From: an uncultured Ruminococcus sp.
GTDB lineage: Bacteria; Bacillota; Clostridia; Oscillospirales; CAG-272
Assembly: GCA_964494135.1 (NCBI GenBank)
Contig: CAZBQN010000001.1
Location: 78,412 to 142,411 of the forward strand
Reading direction: 5' to 3'
DNA length: 64,000 bases
Of the stretch, positions 18,945 to 26,105 are shown one piece after another. Each line of letters begins with the position of its first letter. Position 1 is the stretch's first letter. The notes beneath the pieces were generated by a model that saw only the letters and a program-made list of their open reading frames with translations, did not search any database and was not told where the DNA came from. The translations under genes were made by a program, and so were the position numbers.

Positions 18945-19865
18945 TTACAGGTGCTTGCGCTTTGCCTCGCAGAGGCAGGTGATAAACTGACGGTCAAGCT
19001 CTGACAGCCTATATCCGTCCTTGTATATCAGCACGTCGCGATAGACTCCCAGGTTGTCGGTACAGGCTCTTTGCACCAGGCCGTACCCCGACAAAATCCG
19101 CTCCGGCACGGGACATACCCACGTGAACGCCTCGGGGTTCTCGGCGAGCAGGTCAAGTGCGCTCGCTCTTTCAAATACCAATATGCGCCTGTCCGTACCG
19201 CCCCCAAGCTCGGTCTTCCCTGCCGAAGACACCGGGACGGGCGGCACCTGGTTATCTGCTTGTACGATCTCGGTAAAGGGCGACAGCTCCGACAGCATTA
19301 TCTGCTCCTTTTCGGCTAAGGGATGCTCTTTATTCATAACGATGACGTGTGAGAATTCGGCGACTACTTCGTAGGACAGCCCCTTTTCCTCAAGCATTGA
19401 TTTATAATATTTATCGTAATTTTCGGCATAGCGGATAATTCCCAGCTTGCAATCTCCGCCGAGAATGCTCTGTACCGTCGCGGGCGTGCCCGTCTCCTGA
19501 TACGAAAGCTCGGCAGCCCCGTCGCCTATCTGTCGGGAAAACCTCGCAAACGCCTCGGATACATAGGCGGCTCGCGGGACGGATACGGAAAACCTGCGCT
19601 TTACCCGGACCCCGTTTTTATACCGCTTCTCAACTCGGTCAATTTCGGCAAGAATATCCTTCGCATAGCCGATGAACTCCTCGCCCTCGGGAGTCAGCTC
19701 CATGCCCTTCGCGGAACGGCTGAAAATCGCGATCCCCAGGTCAGCCTCCAGCTCCTTTATGGAACGGCTGATGTTCGGCTGAGCTATCAGGAGCGACTCC
19801 GCCGCCTTATTGAGCGAGCCGAGCCTGGCGACCTCGACCGCATATTTCATATGCAGAATATTCAT
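18945..19865 (-). CDS. LysR-family transcriptional regulator
   Basis: 306 aa with an N-terminal HTH_1 domain (MKYAVEVARLGSLNKAAESLLIAQPNISRSIKELE) and a LysR substrate-binding domain. Confidence 0.85.
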   Translation of the reverse strand: MNILHMKYAVEVARLGSLNKAAESLLIAQPNISRSIKELEADLGIAIFSRSAKGMELTPEGEEFIGYAKDILAEIDRVEKRYKNGVRVKRRFSVSVPRAAYVSEAFARFSRQIGDGAAELSYQETGTPATVQSILGGDCKLGIIRYAENYDKYYKSMLEEKGLSYEVVAEFSHVIVMNKEHPLAEKEQIMLSELSPFTEIVQADNQVPPVPVSSAGKTELGGGTDRRILVFERASALDLLAENPEAFTWVCPVPERILSGYGLVQRACTDNLGVYRDVLIYKDGYRLSELDRQFITCLCEAKRKHL

Positions 19866-20097
19866 AATTCTCTCCCATATCTGCCTGTCAAGCTCTCCGG
19901 ATATGAGATCCGACGGCTCACTGACAGCTTTGCATTCACAAGACAGTATCCGGCTTTCCTTGCGGTTTTATATAATATTTTAACATATATATATATGAAA
20001 ATCAAGTAAATAAAAATAACATGATGACGAAAAAAACACTTTTTTTGATAAAAAAGCAATTCCGAAATTTTTTATCTGAATTTTTTCTTAAAAACTA

Positions 20098-20126
20098 TTG
20101 ACAAACCTCGGTTTTTATTGTATAAT
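20098..20126 (+). promoter_or_regulatory. Consensus sigma-A promoter of tRNA-Glu
   Basis: TTGACA (20098-20103), 17 nt, TATAAT (20121-20126). The tRNA begins 19 nt after the -10. Confidence 0.7.
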
Positions 20127-20144
20127 AGCGGAGCATCTGATGAT

Positions 20145-20219
20145 GGCTCGTTGGTCAAGCGGCTAAGACACGGCCCTCTCAAGGCTGAAACGGGAGTTCG
20201 ATTCTCCCACGAGTCACCA
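20145..20219 (+). tRNA. tRNA-Glu (anticodon CTC), CCA encoded
   Basis: Hand-folded cloverleaf. Acceptor: GGCTCGT/ACGAGTC. D arm: GTC-AAGCGGCTAA-GAC. Anticodon arm: CGGCC-CT[CTC]AA-GGCTG. T arm: GGGAG-TTCGATT-CTCCC. It ends with A-CCA. Confidence 0.9.
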
Positions 20220-21093
20220 AGCAAAAAAGGACACCCGTAGCGGTGTCCTTTTTTGCTTGACGCTTCGCGGTCGATCAAACTCCCCTCGCGCACTTAGCTC
20301 AGCAGTAAAAGCGCACTTTGTGTCTCATAGCTTCACGGTCGCTCCGACCTTATCTGCGCGAATGGAGTTCGCAGTCCTGCCTGCACGGTCTCGCACGGCG
20401 AGACCCCCACGCCTTAATCTCGCTATCGGCTAAATGCTTTCCGCATAGCAAAGCCTGCCGCCTCAGCCTCCGGCAGGCAGATTCTCCCACGTCAGTCCGA
20501 GGGACTGCCACTTTTCTCTCTTTTCCCTTCTTCTATCGTCACAGACACCCGTAGCGGTGTCCTTTTTTGCTTGACGCTTCGCGGTCGATCGAACTCCCCT
20601 CGCGCACTTAGCTCAGCAATAAAAGCGCACTTTGTGTCTCACAGCTTCACGACCTCTCCGGCTTTTCCTGCGCGAATGGAGTTCGGAGCCCTGCCTGCAC
20701 GGTCTCGCCGTGCGAGACCACACAGCGACGGCTTCGTGTCGGCTCTATGCTACCCACAGAGAAACGGTTTTCACTTTTGCCTCCGGCAGGCAGATTCTCC
20801 CACGTCAGTCCGAGGGACTGCCACTTTTCTATCTTTTCCCTTCTTCTATCGTCACAGACACCCGTAGCGGTGTCCTTTTTGCTTGACGCTTCGCGGTCGA
20901 TCGAACTCCCATCGCGCACTTAGCTCGGCAATAAAAGCGCGCTTTGTGTCTCATAGCTTCACGACCGCTCCGTCCTTTCCTGCGCGAATGGAGTTCGCAG
21001 TCCTGCCTGCGCGGTCTCGCCGTGCGAGACCCCTCAGTGATGGCTTCGTGTCGGCTCTATGCTACCCACAGAGAAACGGTTTTCACTTTTGCC
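20200..21093 (+). repeat. Tandem array, about 313/314-bp unit, 3 copies (the first starts inside the tRNA T-loop)
   Basis: The anchor ACACCCGTAGCGGTGTCC occurs at 20231, 20545 and 20858. GATTCTCCCACG (tRNA positions 20200-20211) recurs at 20480 and 20793. Homology ends near 21093. Confidence 0.9.
20214..20258 (+). repeat. Left direct repeat (tRNA-Glu tail + terminator hairpin)
   Basis: TCACCAAGCAAAAAAGGACAC-CCGTAGCG-GTGTCCTTTTTTGCTT. This matches 23281-23325 except in the loop and for single-nt A/T-run differences. Confidence 0.8.
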
Positions 21094-21167
21094 CTTGGTT
21101 AACAGTTCCTACTGCCAAGTCTGTAGCGGACTTTCTCCGCCAAGTTGTAACGTGTGCCGAGCACACC

Positions 21168-21212
21168 AAGACACGAGGCGATGCCCGATTGAGCATCGCC
21201 TCGTGTCTTTAA
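21168..21212 (+). terminator. Strong hairpin terminator closing the repeat array
   Basis: 17-bp perfect stem AAGACACGAGGCGATGC (21168-21184) / GCATCGCCTCGTGTCTT (21193-21209), followed by T then an A/T-rich stretch. Confidence 0.55.
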
Positions 21213-21369
21213 ATTAAACACTCGTTTTTGTACTCGTGTCGCAATATCCTTTTCCTAATAGCAAAAGCGGATATTACCATGGTTTAGACCTTGCAATTTG
21301 AAATCGCATTTTTGAGCATTTTTCCGCGCCTTTTCTGTTCAAGCGGTGTAAATTTTGAGGAGCGAAAAA

Positions 21370-21705
21370 TTATAAATGCTTGTCAATAAGCTTTATCATT
21401 TCAATCGCCAGTTTTTTCTTGTTTTCGCTGAGTTTGCTGATTTCATTTGTTATTTCACAGCTCAGGTAATTTGGGTTTGACGGTGAGCTTTCTGTTATCA
21501 AGGATGCGATATCGCATTTGAGTGCTCCTGAAATTGCGCCCAATAAATCAAGACTTATTTTAGTGATGCCTCGCTCAACCTGACTGATGTAACCAATTGA
21601 AACATTAAGCTTTTCAGCAAGAGCTTCTTGCGTAATTTCAAGCTTTTTACGTTCCGTTTTGATTCTTGCTCCGATTAACTTATAATCAATACTCATTTCT
21701 CTCAC
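21370..21705 (-). CDS. XRE-family HTH transcriptional regulator
   Basis: 111 aa with an HTH_3 core (ITQEALAEKLNVSIGYISQVERGITKISLDLL). It is divergent from the 408-aa gene and is AT-rich. Confidence 0.8.
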   Translation of the reverse strand: MREMSIDYKLIGARIKTERKKLEITQEALAEKLNVSIGYISQVERGITKISLDLLGAISGALKCDIASLITESSPSNPNYLSCEITNEISKLSENKKKLAIEMIKLIDKHL

Positions 21706-21777
21706 CTCATTAAATAAGAATATAACATTACAAGCTAAAAATGAAGATACTGATAAGTTAAATTAAAGCTATAACTA

Positions 21778-21806
21778 TTGACAAAACTGTAGTTTGATGT
21801 TATAAT
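21778..21806 (+). promoter_or_regulatory. Consensus sigma-A promoter of the 408-aa gene
   Basis: TTGACA, 17 nt, TATAAT. It shares the 13-mer AACTATTGACAAA (21773-21785) with the tRNA-Glu promoter (20093-20105). Confidence 0.6.
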
Positions 21807-21828
21807 ACGTAAAAAAGGAGCGAGTGAA

Positions 21829-23055
21829 ATGGAAAATCTAAATGAAAAAACAGAATTTACCATGGCGGTTGAAAATCAAAGAAATAGGAACGGAGAAAAA
21901 TCTGAAATTTACAAGAGCGCTATTGAAGCGTGGGAAAATGCTGATTTTGAAGTCGCATACGATCTTTTCGAGCAGGTGATTAAACAATACCCTGAAAATG
22001 ATTTGGCTGGAATATTGTTTGCTATTTGCGGTAATATTCAGGATTATTTGGATGATGAGATTTTAGCGGATTCTTTTTGTGAGAGTTATCCAAAACTGTA
22101 CAAGGACGAATATTGCTTATCTTCCTATATGTGTTCTTATTTGGAAGAAACGGTAAATGATTTGCTTGAAAACTTAACGAAGGCATATAAGGGGAATTTA
22201 CCTCATCGTAAAATCGTTGATTTCGTTAGATCAACAGAAGCTGCAGTGAGGATTTTTGAAACAATCAAAAACGTTGCGGAACAGCGAAATGAAACTGACA
22301 GCTCTGAATATAAGGACTGCTTAAAATATCTCTGTATCTTATATCAGATAATGCAGAATAAATGCAAGTGCTCTGAGTGCGGCGGATACTGTAAATCTAG
22401 CGAATGGAAGATTAATGAGAATTGCGAAAAGAAACTGCAAATTGTAAAAGAGAAACTCGAAAATCTAAATGAAGATTTTTCTGTTAAGAAATACAAGGAT
22501 GACAAAGCTAAAAGTGAACAAAAGGCGGAAGAAGAGTATCAAAACAACACCGAATATGAAAATAGGGAAAGTATCCCCGAACAGAAAATTAAGGGCGCTA
22601 AAAAAATACTAAAGAAATCGTTTTATGGTTTGCTTGTAGGTGCGATTATTGCCTTCATATCTTTTATTAAGCCTGAATATTTTTCTCGTTTTCAAATTTT
22701 TTCGGTTGTTCTGTTGGTTACAAGTAGTATTATCGTTTTAGTAAGTTTTGCTACGATAATAGGACAGATATCGCGAAAACAGGTTTACTGTGGCAGATGC
22801 AAGAAGAAATTCAGGAAAGATGAAATTAAAGATATAAATATTTTGGGCGTTAAGGATGCAACGGATTCTCTTGTGACTATTATGTACGTCGCGGAGCTGA
22901 AATGTTCAGATTGCGGTAATTCTGTGTTAATAAAAAGAAAATTCAGTTTTTCAAAAAGCCTAAAGTATAATTTTGTAAGCAAAGAAGAAGCGATTGCTGA
23001 TATGAACGAGGCGGCAATTCGAGATTTTGAATCTTTTATCGACAGAACGTATTAA
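21829..23055 (+). CDS. Hypothetical membrane protein: helical/TPR-like N-domain, Cys cluster, coiled coil, 2 TM helices, C-terminal zinc ribbon
   Basis: 408-aa ORF with an AAGGAG RBS. It has CKCSECGGYC, then a Lys/Glu-rich segment. Hydrophobic stretches are FYGLLVGAIIAFISFI and IFSVVLLVTSSIIVLVSFATIIG. The C-terminus carries CGRC...CSDCG. No family was recognised. Confidence 0.7.
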   Translation: MENLNEKTEFTMAVENQRNRNGEKSEIYKSAIEAWENADFEVAYDLFEQVIKQYPENDLAGILFAICGNIQDYLDDEILADSFCESYPKLYKDEYCLSSYMCSYLEETVNDLLENLTKAYKGNLPHRKIVDFVRSTEAAVRIFETIKNVAEQRNETDSSEYKDCLKYLCILYQIMQNKCKCSECGGYCKSSEWKINENCEKKLQIVKEKLENLNEDFSVKKYKDDKAKSEQKAEEEYQNNTEYENRESIPEQKIKGAKKILKKSFYGLLVGAIIAFISFIKPEYFSRFQIFSVVLLVTSSIIVLVSFATIIGQISRKQVYCGRCKKKFRKDEIKDINILGVKDATDSLVTIMYVAELKCSDCGNSVLIKRKFSFSKSLKYNFVSKEEAIADMNEAAIRDFESFIDRTY

Positions 23056-23280
23056 AAAGAAGATCAAGCTTAAATCTCGGGGTTCTTCTTTGTTCAAGCT
23101 GTGTAATTTTTATAACCGTCAAGTTTTTTTCATTGATTTATGCGTAGTGATTTTTTGAAAATAAACATGTTCAAAACGACTTGAATGTTTTATCGTTTTA
23201 TTATAGCAAAACGCGATGCTAAAAATGAAAAGTATTGAATTTAAAATAGTAGAAAAAATTCGGATACCAGAGCATTTGCA

Positions 23281-23325
23281 TCACCAAGCAAAAAGGGCAC
23301 TACAAAAGAAGTGTCCTTTTTGCTT
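23281..23325 (+). repeat. Right direct repeat (copy of the tRNA-Glu tail + terminator)
   Basis: TCACCAAGCAAAAAGGGCAC-TACAAAAGAA-GTGTCCTTTTTGCTT. It also works as a bidirectional terminator between the 408-aa gene and the nuclease gene. Confidence 0.8.
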
Positions 23326-23462
23326 TATTTAATTACTTTTTCAACGTTAAAAGGGCTGAGTCAGCGGCTCAGCCCTCAAATCTTACCTATAAATCTTTTA
23401 CACTTCTGTCATTACAATTGCATCTATTTCCTAATGCATCTATATCCTACTGCGTCTATACT

Positions 23463-24947
23463 TTACCGTATCCATACCGCAAAAACGTACGCTGTGTCCT
23501 TCGTAACAATCATATTTGGCATTATACTGTCCATTTTTGCAAACCAGGAGATAATTAAGTCCCAAATAGGCTTGAAGAAGTCGTAAAGTGTTTCCCAGAG
23601 ATTTTTCGCTTCCTTCGGGACGGTTCTCGTAAATCCGCAGACGGTACAGGTTTCCTCTTGCATGCCGTCTTCGGTTTCGCCGGTTTTTTTGAAGCTGTGA
23701 TCTATCATGTGAATCTGCTCGCCGTAGGATAGTATTTTACCGCATTCGTCACAACAAATGTCGCCGGTGTAGCCGTCGGAGGTACAGGTTGCAGTCTTTT
23801 CATCTATCAAGGACGTAGATGGATGGGAACATTCGGGCGGAGTCACGGGATTATCGTCACCGTTGTCCGGCGGAGTCACGGGATTATCATCGCCGTTGTC
23901 CGGTGGGGTCACCGGGTTATCGTCGCCATTGTCCGGTGGGGTCACCGGGTTATCGTCGCCATTGTCTGGCGGGGTCACCGGGTTATCGTCGTCGCCATTG
24001 TCCGGTGGGGTCACCGGGTTATCGTCGGGGTCGGTGCCCTCCCTTGACGCGCTCGTGGGAGTGACAAGATCCTCGGGGACCTCCTCGCCGAAGAGCAGCC
24101 ACGCGTATTCGGGATAATCTATAAACACGTTTCTGTTGCCCTGAATTGCACCGACAACCTCGTTGCGCCCCATTTCCCAGGTGTCAACCGGGTCGAGAGC
24201 ACACCATTCGAGCAGTGTATCTATATCCCTGAAAACCGTGGTAATACTGCTGCACTTTGAATATTCGGTTCCGTATCTCACGTATACGTAAAGACATATA
24301 CGGGCGACGTCGCCCTTGACGTTGTCGAGGGGCTCAAAATAACCGCCGCTTACCCAGCCGCCTACCATGGAGTTAACGAGCGAAGATCCTACGGCAGTCT
24401 TGCCGCCAGTCACGTTTCCGTATTTTAAGTTGCCTCTGGTGCTGTTGAGCTTTGCGTCGGATGGGCGGATATGGTGCAGGTCGCTGCCTGCTCCGCTGGT
24501 ACCGAAGCCGCCGAGGCTCTGGGGCCAGACGTGCTCTCTGTTCCAGCCGACAGAGCCGCTGATGTAGTCAGAGCGTGTCACCGAAACGGAGGCGTAAATC
24601 AGATTTATCCGTCCGTCGCCCCCCTCGCAGTCGGTTTTTACAGCCATATCACGGCAATCGTTGTAGCTGGTCTTTTTTTTATGTGTGGAAGTCATAAGCG
24701 TGTTCAGGCTTTTGTAAAGCTCCCGGGACGTTAATTCCGAAAGTGCCTCGTATGTATACGAGCCGGTATAGTACTCGTCTGCGCTCGTTCCGTCAAGAGT
24801 CGTGCATACGACGTGCCTGGTGCCGGAGTTGTAAACCGAGGAATATTTCAGCGGTGCGCTCTCGCCCACGGCACATACGGGCAGGCTTGACAGGATTATC
24901 GCAAGGGTAATAATCAGCAAAACCGCTAAGCTTTTGAGTTTTTTCAC
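23463..24947 (-). CDS. Secreted endonuclease I / Bsn-like nuclease with a Pro-rich repeat stalk and a Cys-rich C-terminal region
   Basis: Endonuclease_1 motifs are present: NREHVWPQSLGG and DLHHIRPSD..LNSTRGN. A GTG start at 24947 follows AAGGAG and gives the signal peptide VKKLKSLAVLLIITLAIIL. Six NPVTPPDNGDD repeats are present. Confidence 0.8.
   Translation of the reverse strand: MKKLKSLAVLLIITLAIILSSLPVCAVGESAPLKYSSVYNSGTRHVVCTTLDGTSADEYYTGSYTYEALSELTSRELYKSLNTLMTSTHKKKTSYNDCRDMAVKTDCEGGDGRINLIYASVSVTRSDYISGSVGWNREHVWPQSLGGFGTSGAGSDLHHIRPSDAKLNSTRGNLKYGNVTGGKTAVGSSLVNSMVGGWVSGGYFEPLDNVKGDVARICLYVYVRYGTEYSKCSSITTVFRDIDTLLEWCALDPVDTWEMGRNEVVGAIQGNRNVFIDYPEYAWLLFGEEVPEDLVTPTSASREGTDPDDNPVTPPDNGDDDNPVTPPDNGDDNPVTPPDNGDDNPVTPPDNGDDNPVTPPDNGDDNPVTPPECSHPSTSLIDEKTATCTSDGYTGDICCDECGKILSYGEQIHMIDHSFKKTGETEDGMQEETCTVCGFTRTVPKEAKNLWETLYDFFKPIWDLIISWFAKMDSIMPNMIVTKDTAYVFAVWIR
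23834..24033 (-). repeat. In-frame 33-bp tandem repeat (about 6 copies, one of 36 bp) inside the nuclease gene
   Basis: GGGTCACCGGGTTATCGTCGCCATTGTCCGGTG-type units. They encode (D)DNPVTPPDNGD. Confidence 0.9.
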
Positions 24948-25104
24948 GTTCTTCTCCTTGTTTGCGTTTGCGCGAATGAATTCTTTTATAAATCTTATAA
25001 GATTATAACTCCGATTCAAATGCTTGTCAATACAAGAACAGGTTTTTCCGGAAAATCACCGAAATTTTTAAGAAATAAATTCTCACCCCCCGCGAACAAT
25101 ATGC

Positions 25105-25133
25105 TTGATTTATTGTTTCCCGTGTAGTATAAT
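25105..25133 (+). promoter_or_regulatory. Putative sigma-A promoter of the AraC-family gene
   Basis: TTGATT (25105-25110), 17 nt, TATAAT (25128-25133). Confidence 0.5.
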
Positions 25134-25176
25134 TAAGGAAAACGCGAAAAGTACGAGAAAAGACGAGGTAAAACGA

Positions 25177-26016
25177 ATGCCGCTGACGAAGCTGAATCCC
25201 GTGATACGGTCGGTATCGCTCTATGAGAGGATCAACAGGACCGACGAATGTATAGGCTACGACTCAAGAGTTATTTATATCGTTTCGGGCGACCTTACCG
25301 CAACAGTCGGCGGCGAGAAGCTCGGGCATATCGGCGCAGGTCAGCTGCTGTATATTCCCGCAGGCACACCCTACAAGCTGAAGGGGCAGTATCTGCGCGC
25401 GGTGGTCATCACCTTTGACCCCACGGACGAAAACCCCGAGCCAAAAGAGAAAATTCCACCGGTGCCAGTGGCGGATTTCAAGCCCGAGGTATGCCACCGT
25501 GTCGGGAATTTACCTCCCTTTGACAATGTGCTCACACTTTCCGGAATGGAGGGAGAGCGCGACGGGCTACTCAGAATGTGCGATATATTCACCTCGGCAG
25601 AGGGGTACTACCGCCAACAGCTGTCGGCTATGGTAAAGCTGTTGCTATTGAAAATTGCCGAGGCAAATGACGAGCACGCCCTGCCTGCAAGAATGGTGGA
25701 AAGCCTTGACAGCTATATCAGAGAAAACGTAGGCGAGGAGATATCCAACACCGAGCTCGGCGCGATATTCGGCTACCACCCCTTCTATATCAGCAAGCTG
25801 CTGAAGGAGAAAAAGGGGCAGACCCTGCATCAATATATAATATCCTATCGCTTCAAGCTGGCAAAGAGCAAGCTGGAAACAAGCGGTGAGAGCATCAACG
25901 AAATAGCAGCTGAATGCGGTTTCTCCGACCCGTCCTATTTCACAAAAGCCTTTAAGGCGAGCTTCGGTATGACGCCGAAGGAATACCGGAATAAATATAA
26001 AGAAGAGTTTATTTAG
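25177..26016 (+). CDS. AraC-family transcriptional regulator (cupin + HTH)
   Basis: The internal start MPLTKLNP follows a GAGG RBS. The C-terminus carries an HTH_18 domain (INEIAAECGFSDPSYFTKAFKASFGMTPKEYR). Confidence 0.85.
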   Translation: MPLTKLNPVIRSVSLYERINRTDECIGYDSRVIYIVSGDLTATVGGEKLGHIGAGQLLYIPAGTPYKLKGQYLRAVVITFDPTDENPEPKEKIPPVPVADFKPEVCHRVGNLPPFDNVLTLSGMEGERDGLLRMCDIFTSAEGYYRQQLSAMVKLLLLKIAEANDEHALPARMVESLDSYIRENVGEEISNTELGAIFGYHPFYISKLLKEKKGQTLHQYIISYRFKLAKSKLETSGESINEIAAECGFSDPSYFTKAFKASFGMTPKEYRNKYKEEFI

Positions 26017-26105
26017 ACCCCGTGTCGAAGGATTGCGGGCGAGAGGACGTATCCCGGTGATTTTTGACTATAATTATTTATATTTTACCTGAGTGAGGTA
26101 TACCC

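Larger units (their letters stand above)
20220..23280 (+). mobile_element. Putative integrase-less insertion (islet) at the 3' end of tRNA-Glu
   Basis: Bounded by the 45-bp direct repeats at 20214 and 23281. It contains a 3 x 313-bp repeat array plus AT-rich cargo genes. No recombinase gene is present. Confidence 0.5.

Noticed and set aside
20318-21212. Plus-strand ORFs of 78-109 aa (and minus-strand ORFs) inside the 313-bp tandem array
   Set aside because: They are the same Arg/Ser/Pro-rich translation repeated per unit. They start at non-ATG codons, lack an RBS, and are broken differently in each copy. I treated them as non-coding repeat sequence.
23819-24117. Three plus-strand ORFs of 74-84 aa with Gly/Arg/Ser repeats
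   Set aside because: They are antisense translations of the 33-bp repeat inside the nuclease gene.
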